64,000 bases of DNA. Origin: Camelus dromedarius (lineage: Eukaryota). How positions within the stretch are numbered: position 1 is the first letter of the stretch; the number at the start of each line of letters is the position of its first letter. The translations under genes were made by a program, and so were the position numbers. Below are positions 1 through 11,200 of the stretch, piece after piece. The notes under the pieces were generated by a model. It was not told the DNA's origin. It did not search any database and saw nothing but the letters and a program-made list of their open reading frames with translations. The DNA is taken from assembly GCF_036321535.1 (NCBI RefSeq), contig NC_087472.1, positions 99,016,001 to 99,080,000 on the forward strand. The letters are read 5' to 3'.

Positions 1-389
1 AAAGGTTAAGTGATACATATAACCACACTTGCCACAATTCAGGTACAGACCTAGAACCAGAAGAAAGCATTTTTCCTTGTGACTATCCTTTAGGGGTTCC
101 ATTGAGCCTAAACTAAAATTCTATTAAAATTTATTTCATTTTGAATGGAGTTCCTGAAGAAGTCTACTAATAACCCAACAATCAGAAATATTGATTACCC
201 TGGCAGAGTCAGAACTTGGAGCCCACAATCACAACCATCTTCCAACAACATCACTGATCTTTAAAACTAAATCTAAGTCTACCTTGGAATAGTTACCACT
301 GATTCATTATTGGCTTTGGACATGCCCCTTACATTCTCTGGGACTCTGTTTTCTTCATTTTGAATCATTTACTATAAGAGAGTCTCCTT

Positions 390-590
390 GGGTTTAAGAG
401 CAGTGGCTCCTAAGCATTGTAGGGTTTGAATCCTGGCTCCAGCTCTTGCCAACTGTGTGACCTTGGGTAAGATATTTAATATGTCTTTGCCTCAGTTTCT
501 TTATCTACAAAAAGGGTTTAATAATAATCTCCTAGGCTTACTATGAGGAGAATAGTGTTTGGTGCACAGTACATTTTCATAAATATTGAC
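390..590 (+). mobile_element. MIR SINE
   Basis: B-box-like GGGTTTGAATCCTGGCTC, then the MIR core CTGTGTGACCTTGGGTAAG...TGCCTCAGTTTCTTTATCT. Confidence 0.85.
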
Positions 591-606
591 TGTTGTGGTT
601 GCTGTT

Positions 607-1720
607 AATTTATTGATCACTTCCTATGTGCCAGGCCATGGCCTAGGTTCTCTGAGGGAAACTATGAATATAAAACAGTATGGTTGAGGAACTCATACAA
701 CAACAACAAAAAAGGCTGGAAATAAATAATTGTGCAGCTGTGGGATAAGGGCTGTATGAAAGGAAAATAGAAGGTACAAGGGTTCTCTAAAAATAGGGTA
801 AAGTAGGTTCCAGGAAGGCTTCCCAAGAGACACTAGTTACACTCGAACTGAGTCCTGAAGGCTATAGAATTTGACTGGTCAAAGCAAGGCTTGCGTGCAA
901 AGAGGACAGCTCATGTGGTGGTATGTGGATGCAGAACAGCATGGGGCTTTCCAGGCAGGTGCAAGAGATTTGATCTAATCTAACTGAAGGGTGTGGGAGT
1001 AGGAGCATTCAGAGGCCTATCTTCAGAGATTGGCCTTGACTTCCATGCAGTGGAATCTGGATTTCATTCCTAGGGAGTGGAGAGTCATCAATGAAAGGAC
1101 TGAAACAGGCAATGAGCATCACCAAGGATGTGTTTTACAAAGCCTTTTCTGGCAGCTTTATGGAATATAAAGCAGGTGTGAGGAGGACTCAAGAGAGACA
1201 GGAAGATCAGTAGGGAAGCTCTTATGATAGAGACAGAAAAGGAGAGGACTGGAAAAACAAGAATAAGGAATACAAGAAGTGGAACAAATTTACAGGAAGA
1301 GATAACAAGTTTTTCCTCTATTTATGCTCTGCATAATTCCACAAAGAACGTGAAGTAGCTTGAAGAAGATACACAGGATAGTTTAGAAAAAAGTACTAGG
1401 ACCAGAGGGAATACAAATTAGATTAGGAAATATGGGATACAATATAAATAAGACATAAATAGGCCAAGCTTTTTGGACTTGAACAGGTGCTATCCTGGCA
1501 GCCAAAATGAAAATTGATTTGGTATAGAGTTTATCAGCTGTTCTATAGACCAGTTTTCTCATCATTACCCTCAGAAGCATCAGTAAAGGAGATCATTTGG
1601 AATGTTGTGTTTAGGTATCTGTGGGACATCTAACTAGAAATGTCAATAATGTTTCCATGTGAGGGTCTGGTGCTCCAAGATGGACCTAGGCTGGAGAAGC
1701 ACATGAATGAGGCCCCACTG
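607..1720 (-). mobile_element. L2 LINE 3' fragment
   Basis: TTTATTGATCACTTCCTATGTGCCAGGC (antisense L2 tail), followed by purine-rich antisense L2 ORF2-like sequence. Confidence 0.7.
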
Positions 1721-1889
1721 TCCATGTGGCCATCAGAACCATGGTATAGAATATACTCATCCAGGGAGACTGTGTTGGCCAACTTCTTGGCAGAATAAGC
1801 TACTGGTATTTGACAAGATATTCTCTATGATCCTTTTAGCTCTAGCATCCCATGGAGTCACCTTTTGCAAAGAGAATGCTACATTATTA

Positions 1890-2025
1890 TTCATTAAATT
1901 ATTGATTGGACAAGTATTTATCGAGCACCCACTATGTGTCAGGTGCTCTTCCATAGACTGGGAATATGACAGTGAATAAAACAGACAAAAATCCCCATTC
2001 TCATGAATCTTACATTCTAGTAGGT
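1890..2025 (-). mobile_element. L2 LINE 3' end
   Basis: ATTTATCGAGCACCCACTATGTGTCAGG...GTGAATAAAACAGACAAAAATCCC...CTTACATTCTAG. Confidence 0.85.
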
Positions 2026-2539
2026 GACTAGGGGATCTTAGCTCATCACCTGTCTGCTGCCTTGGAAAAACCCAGAAATCTGTGTCTGAAGAAATAATTT
2101 AGATCATCTCTAGGGCAGAGTTGGTTCCAGTCAGGATCTTAGGATCTTAAGAGTAACCCTTAATGCATGGAAGATCTGAGAGGATGGGATTCTTTGGCCC
2201 CAGCCTAGACAGACCTTCTAGGCTGCTTCAGGTTCAATTGGAACCAACTCAGTTCACCCTGATTCCCTCAAAGCTGGAGCAAGTTCTGTCTAATTGAGAG
2301 GAGCAGGTGAAGGAGAGCTTGTTGAGCAGTATATCATTGTTTGTGTTGTAATTTGCAAATGAACCAGATGTCTGAATTATATGAGACATTTGATTCTTGA
2401 ACTTCATAACCAGGGCACTTACTCAACATTTCCTACTGTATCGAAAAAGTAACCTTTACTGAGTGTCTTGTCCACCTGGCTGATATAGTACACATAGGCA
2501 TTTTACTTTGGGTTCTCTTTTCTTACCTCCATATGCATT

Positions 2540-2970
2540 GATTTTTATTTTTGCTTTTATTCCCTCATTTTCCTATTTTTCACTTCTGGTAGATTAGAAG
2601 GTATACTCTATTTCTGTTTTTTCTGTGATTATCCTGGAATTTTTCATATACTTATTTATCAAATTTAAACTAAATTGATAATTTTATTTTCTTTCCAAAT
2701 AATACAAGGACCTTAAAACTTTAATGCTAATAACTCCTTACTCAAAACTCCTCTACTTTTATTGATCATACAACTACATAATTCTGTTTTGAGTTTTTTA
2801 ATCCTGAAAATTATGTGCTATTGATTTCAATATGTGCTTAATTTTACCTACATGTTGACCATTTTATATGCTCAGCATTCTTTCTTTCATCTCATACATT
2901 CCCTTGTGTTAATTTTTCTTTTCCTGGAAGCACATCCACTATAAGTTCTTTTAATGATAGCATTGGTGAT
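2540..2970 (-). mobile_element. Old L1 (L1ME/HAL1-like) fragment
   Basis: T-rich diverged sequence resembling antisense L1ME (AAATAATACAAGGACCTTAAAAC motif). Confidence 0.5.
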
Positions 2971-3019
2971 TAGACCATTAAAACATAATAGTTGTAATAA
3001 TAATAACGATGATGATAAT

Positions 3020-3248
3020 AATAAAAGTAATAACTATAAACTATTACATGTTTACCATGTGTCAGGGATTGTGCTAAGTGCTTTAAATGGTTTACCTCTT
3101 AACCCTCACAAAAATCTGTCAGATACCATTATTATCTTTATTTTACAGATAGGAAAACTTGAGTCTTAGATTAAGTAACTTGGTCAAGGACACATAACTA
3201 GACGAGAAACCATTTCTGTCTAACTCCAGTGCCCATGCTCCTAACCAT
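3020..3248 (-). mobile_element. MIR SINE
   Basis: ATGTGTCAGGGATTGTGCTAAGTGCTTTA...ATTTTACAGATAGGAAAACTTGAG...AAGTAACTTGGTCAAGGACACA. Confidence 0.85.
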
Positions 3249-3297
3249 TCTTCTTGCATCCATACAATTGTGGACATATTTCAAAATTTCTTCTGTA

Positions 3298-3419
3298 GCC
3301 TCTTCTGTCTCATTTGTCACTAGACTTTCAGATTCAATTTGTGAATAGAATGTTTAACCAACTGGATCCTCTTCACAAATTGAATCTGTAAGTCTAGTGA
3401 CAAGTAAGACAGAAGTGGC
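3298..3419. repeat. Long inverted repeat: 48-bp arms with 4 mismatches and a 26-nt spacer; MITE-like palindrome
   Basis: 3298-3345 GCCTCTTCTGTCTCATTTGTCACTAGACTTTCAGATTCAATTTGTGAA is the reverse complement of 3372-3419 at 44 of 48 positions. Confidence 0.95.
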
Positions 3420-4104
3420 CCGAGAGGTTTTTCAGATATGAAGCTATCATTACAATCCGAGTCCTTCATTTGTGGCTACACATCAATAAGTATATAAATT
3501 GCAGGCAAACTATATCACAATGCCGCATCATTAGTCATGCTGCAGTGGATCTGACTTCAAACTATCTTAGTCTAAGCAGAAGGAAACTACTCTCAAGTCT
3601 GTCACTTAACACCCAAAACACTATTTTCCGTTATTTAAAGCATGTATACATGGCGAAACTTTGCTTTTCCAGGACCTTTTGAAGTTACTTGTTTGGACAC
3701 CAATCTCCTCCCCAAATCATGATAATAGTTATTTGTTCAAAATAAAAAGGAACAAGGAGGGCGCTTCTGTGGCCCTTCATTTTGTGGTGCTGAATCTTAC
3801 CACAAACCATCTATATTGTTATTCATATATATTTGTTTTGCATCTTCATAAGAAGATTACATTATTGAAAGGAAACGTCATTCAAGTACCATCAAGTAAA
3901 TATCTCTAGTCACCATCTTAAGGCTCAGCACGACCTAAGAGAGACACTGCCTGGAAAGCTCATTCTCATGTTGGCGAAAGAAGATTCTGTGGTGTTCTGA
4001 AGACCTGACTAGTGCTTTATCAAATAAGACCTAGTAGGGGTTACTGCTCAATAAATTTTATGGAGTAAGCTAAGTATCTCTTCTAGGTCTTTTGGCCATC
4101 AAAA

Positions 4105-6355
4105 GAAAGAAAGCTTAACAAAAAGTAACAAGAAGCATAGGAAAGCTGATCTAGCTATACAGATATCAGACAAAGTAGACTTCTTCAAGACAAAGTGGAT
4201 GACAAGTATTACCAGGGATAAAAGGGGAATTTTATGATAAGAAAAAATTTATATATTGAGAAGGCATAATTCCAAATGTGCATTTATCTAATAACAGAGT
4301 TTCACTATATGTGAAATAAAAACTTACAGAACTAAAGGGAAGAACAGAAAAAGCCATAATCACAGCTGGAAGTTTTAACATGCCTCTTTCAGTAATTGTT
4401 AGCATAAGTAGTCCCCCACCCCAAATCAACAAGAATACAGAAGATCTGAACAATATTATCAGTCAACTTGGTCTAATTGATATTTGCAGAACACTACATC
4501 TAACAGCAGCAAAATACACATTTGAAAAATTTACATGGATAACAAGTAAAGAGTTGAGTCAGTAATCAAAAAATTACCTACAAATAAAAGTCCAAGCCCA
4601 GATGGCTTCACAGGTGAATTCTACCAAAAAAAAATTTTTTTTTTAAAATGAATACTAGTCCTTTTTAAACTCTTCCAAAGAACAGAAGGGGAGAGAACAC
4701 TTCTCAATTCATTCTTTGAGGCCCTTATTACACTGATAGCAAAAGCAGGCAAAGATATCATAAGAAAGAAATGTACAGACCAATATCACTTATGCATATA
4801 GACACAAAAATGCTCACCAAAATACTAACTGAACAACATATAAAAAGAATTATACACAATGACCAAGTGGGATTTATCCCAGCAATGCAAGCTTGGTTTC
4901 ATATCCAAAAATTTATTACACCATATCAATGGAATAAAAAAGAAAAATCACACAATCATCTCAATAGATACAGAGAAAGAATTTGATAAAATCCAACACT
5001 CTTTCATGATAAAACACTCAACAAACTAGGAATAGAAAGAAACTTTCTCAGTCTGATAAAGTACATCTTCAAAAATCCATAGCTTACAAAATATATAATG
5101 GTTAAAGGTTCAATATTTTCCTCCTAAGATTAGGAATAAGACAAGGATATCTGCTCTTACTACTTCTGTTCAACACTGTACTGCAGGTTCTAGATAGGGA
5201 AATTAGATAAGAAAAAGAAATAAAAGGACTCCAGATTGGAAAGGAAGAAGTATAACTATTTCTATTCACAAACAACATGATCTTATATATAGAAATTTCT
5301 AAAATATCACTAAAAAACTATTAGAACTAATAAATGAGTTCAGCAAGGTTGCAGGATACAAGATCAATACACAAAAATCAATTATATTTTAATGCACTTG
5401 CAATGAACAAGTCAAAAATGAAATTAAAAAAGCAATTTCATTTATAACAGCAACAAAAAGAATAAAATAGGAATAAATTTAGTAAGATAAGTACAAAACA
5501 TATGCTCTGAAAACTACAAAACAATATTGAAATAAATTAAAGAATATCAAAACAAATAGGACATCCTATGTTCATGGATCATGAGACTTAATATTGTTAA
5601 GATGGTAATGCTCTCCAAACTGATCTATAGATTCAACACAGACTCTATCAGAACCCCTTCAGGCTTCTTTGTAGAAATTGACAAGCTGAACCAAAAGTCC
5701 ATGAAGAAATGCAAGGGACCAAAACTAGCCAAAACTACCTTGAAAAAGAACAAATTTGGATGACTCACTTCTTCTAGATCTCAAAACTTACTGCAAAGCA
5801 ACAGTAATCAAGAAAGTGTATACTAGCATGAAGATAGACATAAATTAATGAAATAGAATTGAGAATCCAGAAATAAACCCTGACATTAATGGTCAACTGA
5901 TTTTCAACAAAGGTTTCCAGATCATTTAATAGGGAAAGGAATAGTCTTTTCAACAAATGATGGTGGAACAACTAGATATCTACATGCAAAAGAATAAATT
6001 TGGTCCCTTACCTCACACCACGCCTGAAAATTAACTCAAAATGAATCAAAGGCCTAAATATATGAGTCAAAACTATAAAACTCTTATGTTGAAATACTCC
6101 AAATATTTGAGAGGTTATTTTCTGATTAACCTATGAATCAAGGAAGAATTCACAAGAGAAATTAGAAAATATTTTGAAGTGAATGATAATGAAAGCACAG
6201 CATATCAAAATGTGTGGGATGTAGCCAAAGCAGTGCTTAGAGAGAAATGTATACCTTTTCTACAATATAAATATGTATATATATTTTAAGACTCACTGAG
6301 TTGTACACTTGATAGTTGTAAATATTAATGCATGTAAATCTAGCTTTAATTAAAA
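4105..6355 (+). mobile_element. Composite of decayed L1 (L1M-type) ORF2 fragments
   Basis: Endonuclease-region remnant ~4130-4530. RT/C-terminal region ~4540-6085 (ORFs [18 protein letters not shown]...[15 protein letters not shown] and RLNIVKMVMLSKLIYRFN). Post-EN segment 6085-6260. 3' tail ~6285-6355. Many stops and frameshifts. Confidence 0.92.
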
Positions 6356-7016
6356 CAAATAGTACCAGGCTGTCAGAAAGATAAACAGAAATCATGGGAT
6401 AAAAAAGGAGTTAAATGAAGACTGGGAAAGCCGTGGTTACAGTGTGTTTTTTAAATGGTAGCAAGACTATTTTTTTAATGTATAATTAACGTAGAGTAAA
6501 ATTAACATACAAATTTTATCTTGATTACTCAGATCAAAATACAGAATATTTCTACCACCGCAGAAAACTTCCTCCTCCTCAACCTCCAGAGTTATCCCAG
6601 CAGTTTTTACAATAGTAGTTTTGAAGGTGAAATTGCTCAGTAGTGTCAACTTTGGCAGAGGGCAAATAGAATAAAGATTTAGGAGGACATTACAGATGAT
6701 AAAGTGATGGGGTCAGATTCCAAATTGCAGTTAATCTTGAAATAAATGGGAGGTGAAAAAGATACATATTTTTAAGAAGCTGACACTGCTAGTTGTACTT
6801 GATAGTGAAAAAGGGAAAAAGCAATTATCTCTCTAATATTTGAGACATTTTCAATATATTTGGGGAGATAAAACACTTTGAAAAATGCTCTTTATCACTA
6901 ATCTAAACAATGATTTGTGAACAAATAATATTCTAACATATGTAATTTATTTATTTACTTTTCTGATGTTAAACATGTATATTATATCCAAGTCTTTGTT
7001 ATTTTAAATAATAATA

Positions 7017-7185
7017 CAGTTGACCCCTGAACAACACCGTTTGAACTGTGTGGGTTCACTTATAAGCAGGTTTTTTCCAGTAAATATGCATGATAGTACT
7101 ATGCAGTCTGTGGTGGTTTGAATTCGAGAATGTGAAACTGTAAAGTTGTACATGGATTTTCCCCACCTTGTACAAGGGTCAACTG
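7017..7185. mobile_element. Tigger2-type non-autonomous TcMar DNA transposon (Tigger2a-like MITE)
   Basis: TIRs CAGTTGACCCCTGAACAA ... TTGTACAAGGGTCAACTG, with TA on the left flank. Confidence 0.88.
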
Positions 7186-7330
7186 TTTAATCAGTAACCC
7201 TACATACAAATTTTTATTTCTTGCTCTGATGAATTCAATTGATCTACAAATAACTTTGAGCACCTTCTGAATTTCAGGCTAGAAACTTGAGTGTTGTGTC
7301 AGTGAACCGAACAGTAGAGAACAGTAGGAA

Positions 7331-7816
7331 AGTAGAGGAAGAAACTTTCTCCTCTACTTTCTTAGCTTCAAGCTGGGCCCTACAAATTAAACTGACAAAA
7401 GATAGATTAACAGGAGAAAAACAAAGATTTAATCACAGCTATATGTATGAGAGTTCACAATGAAATGTGGCTTGAGGTGGTTAGCATGTGAGATTTATAT
7501 ACCATCTTAGGCTCCACAAAGAAAAGAGGGTGGAGGATTCCTGTGGAGAGGGGAAGGGAAGTTCTGGGAGGGTTAGGAGAGAAAATGTTTGATTGCTAAG
7601 TGTTGTTTAGTAAGGTTTGTTATGCAGGTGAAAATCATCTTAGGTGAGAAGAACTGTCTCTAGGAGCAGTTCTCTTCCTGGAACAGAGAATGAGATACCT
7701 TTACAAACAGAAATTTATGTCATGCTTTTAGACAGAAAGGGGTAGGTGGCAGAGAGCTAATTGCCTTCAGCTCAAAAGAATCCTTATTCTAAAGTGGCAT
7801 ATTCTGGTCCCCTTCA
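7331..7816 (-). mobile_element. ERV1 solo LTR, MER34/LTR39-like, inserted in L2
   Basis: Minus strand begins TGAAGGGGACCAGAATATGCCACTTTAGAATAAGGATTCTTTTGAGCTGAAGGCAATT, a typical MER34-group LTR start. Confidence 0.8.
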
Positions 7817-8235
7817 GACATAATAGCTGTCTCAAAGAGATTATAGTCTAGCAAAGATGAGAAATGTGGACTAATTGTGATGGATCTTCACTAAGCAGAA
7901 CTAGAAATTCAGAACTAGGGAATTTAGCAGAGTCTGGGGACCCCAAAAAGGCCTTCCTGAAGGGCTGACTTCTATTCTGAGGCCTAAAGGCTAAGAAGGA
8001 GTTAGTTTACTGAAAGAGGAGGAATACAGCATGCCAGTGTGAAGACTCTAATACAGGGGAGAAAATGATGCCTTAGAGCATGTAGAGGAGATGGAGGGAA
8101 AGGAAGGCAAGGGAACTGTCTCCTAAGACCTTACAGACAATTCTAAGTATTTCATCCATTTTCCTAAGGGCAGTAGGAAGCTATCAAAGGATTCTAATCA
8201 GGACTGTAATCAATGCAAATGGCATGTAATGTCTT
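7817..8235 (-). mobile_element. L2 fragment; appears to continue L2 tail at ~7245-7330
   Basis: CTCAAAGAGATTATAGTCTAG...GGCCTTCCTGAAG...GGCAGTAGGAAGCTATCAAAGGATT antisense L2 motifs. Confidence 0.65.
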
Positions 8236-11200
8236 TAGTAAGCTTCACTTCCTCTACATGTTGGGAAGAGAGGAGGGCTTGTCTGATTTGGTTCCAGAAT
8301 TTTCCACATAAAAGTTTCCTCAGTGTTGTAAATTGCTGCCCACCTCTGCATGCTGCCTCACTCCTGCTCACTCCACTGCAGTTGTAGCTTAGACATTAGG
8401 CAGAGTTCTCTAATGGGCTGTAGCACCTCTGTACGGCCCCAGTGCGGAAGAAATGAGGCAGGACACATTTTCCTCTTTTGTTCTGTCCGTTTATCCCAAT
8501 AGTTCCGCCCTTTAAAACTATATGGATATTAGAATTCTCTATATGGTTGAGAATTACAGTGGAGCAGGGAAGAAAAGAAAAATCTAAAAGAGCATAGCTA
8601 ATAATATTTACCCCCTTAACCCAAAGGAAGAGGACCCAGTATGTATGTGGGGAGGAGTGCCAAATTCCACACCCATGTTCTCAGACCCACTTCCTCTCCA
8701 AGAGAACCATCTTCTAATATCCACCTTGCAAATATTTACCAGCCTTTCAAGACATCTTTCCGGTGCATGTAGGTCTTGTTTCTTAGCCCAGGATATATAT
8801 CTCTGCTTTTAGCAATTTTCCTAAATCTGAGTTATTCAATCTATAATTGTGACCTAGGTTCCAACAGGACAATCCACAGTAATCTCTGACATTTTGCATC
8901 CCATAGAAACATCCAGGTGTTCATTGGCACCACTCTTATGTTCTAATCTGAGCTCCACCAGCATGAGTTGCACACAAGTCTCTTTTTTGCTGATTGCCCA
9001 ATCGTTAACTGTTGGAACACATATTTACATATACCCACATACACTCACCCATAGTCAGAGGACAAACACTATTTGGTAGACACAGTACAAACAAGCCTCA
9101 CAAGAAGGAAAAGGCAATCATTTCCCCAAGGTTCCATAATTTACAAGGTCACCTTTCTCACAATGGAGTTAGTACAGTACATAATTACACAAAGTGGTAT
9201 TAATTCCTTTCTATTATCCCCTTCTCTCAAATTGTACCTCCTTGAGCTTGCCAAGATCAAGAAATGGCCCATTACTAAGCCATATACCTCTTAATGACCA
9301 CTCAGTTAGCTATACAAAGACCTGGTTAAAGCTTGAAATTACCTCTTGAAAATTTCCAATTAGCTATTAGACAAAGGCCATCCATCTCCCAAGCCTCCGT
9401 CTTGGGAGGAGGGCTTCATTGCTTGGGAAGTAAGGGAAGTCAGTATAATCAGATCTGCATTTTTATCAGAATATCCTGTGTAGAAAGTGGAAAGTGGTTG
9501 CAGGGAGGAGGGCAAAAGTACGTGCTGGGGGACCAGGAGGAGAAAAAGGACAAGTATATTGTGATCTTAGTTTTGCAGTCAAACAACTCACAAAAAAGGA
9601 ATCCAAGAAAAGGAACTTTGTCAATTAAGATAAGTTTTGGTTGACACTATGGAAATTACTCTGAGAAGGTGGTGGTGTCAGAAATGTATAGAGTTTCATG
9701 AACGTGGATTATCACTACTTTATAAATAGGAAGGAAAATGTAGTGAGATGAAATGACACCCTCCCCCCGAAATAACCAGTGATAGAATCTATCTGTACAA
9801 ACTAACATAATCTTTTCCTCATCACTTTCCAAAGGGAAACCCTCATCAACAACAACAAAAAATTCCAGAAACTTTGTGTATGATTATGACCACTTTATAC
9901 ACATCCATTTGATACAACTAGAATATGCAACTTTTGTTCTAAAATTAAATTTAACAGATGATAATTCAGAAAGTACTACCCCCACACCTCAGATCCACTT
10001 CCCCAGAAATGAGATTTCAACTTTCCTGACACTAAATTTGGGCAGAGATGTTAAATTATTATAATAACTGCAAGCTGGTCCCAGCTAAAATGGCATTTCA
10101 GCAGCCTGCCACTGGAATATAATCAACTGCACACCCACTGCTGGACTTGATACACAATTGTGGCACCAAAAAATGATTAGAATGTACCTCTTGGTGCCAA
10201 GTATTGCAGTACAACAAATTAACCTTTGACCAGAATAATTATTTTCCCACTTTCTGGATGTCTAAGTCAGTTAAGCATTTTCACATCAATGCAACCATAT
10301 GTCTACCTGTAACACTTGAGAAATTATTCCTCATTTGCAGAATAACCCTCTGTCTCACAAAGGACATACTCTGTCTTCCAACTCAGAAGGGTGAGCAACT
10401 GGCTATTTTACAGTATGTGATACACTGGATAGTCCAGAAGTACTTACCTATTTGCATCATATTAGTGTATCATATTTTAAACATTCCCTCACAAAGTTGA
10501 CCCAAACAAATAATCCTCTACAAAATACTTTCAATGCTTTAATTTTCTCAGGATTGTCAAGATCAATACCTTTCTCTGCACCAAATATCTTTGTGGCAGT
10601 AATTACCTTTGTAGAATTGTTGTTAGAGAAAAGTAAGTTTCCCTGGAGAAGAAGGATCTATGAGTTTTTATGAATATAAAGGCAATTTTAGCAAGAAAAG
10701 AGTATAGAGTCGGCAGCTGCTTTAAATAGTCTAGATTTATTCCTTTCCTTAAGTCTTAATGTTTCTTATTTTTCTATTTCTGGACTTTTAGTTAAAATAT
10801 AACACTATCATTGTTAAACTGTTCATTATAGTCACCTTTTCTAGAAACTTAACTTATATCTAAGGTTCTAATATTCAGGGTTGCAAGTATTCCAGTTTAT
10901 TTGCAACTTACTTCTTCCATAAAATCTCTGTGCCTTACTGCAGGGCAACCCCTCAAAAGTTGTGTCTTGTTTTCTATTAAATGTAATACAAATGTGCTCT
11001 TCTTAAAGGAGACCCTATGGGACCCAAACAAGCCACAAACAAAAATGAAAATAATAAAAGTCTGCAGTCATGATACTTTATTGTGTATAAATATATTTTA
11101 AAATGTGAACTCTGAATAAAGATATAATTGTTGAAGTTTTATCCAGGAGTGTTAAACACCACAAAAGAAGTATCTTTTTAGAAGGAATAGTTAATGCTTG

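Noticed and set aside
8353..8460. Possible hairpin (CATTAGGG/CTCTAATG, TGCCTCA/TGAGGCA)
   Set aside because: Short helices that depend on many G-U pairs; not distinguishable from chance.
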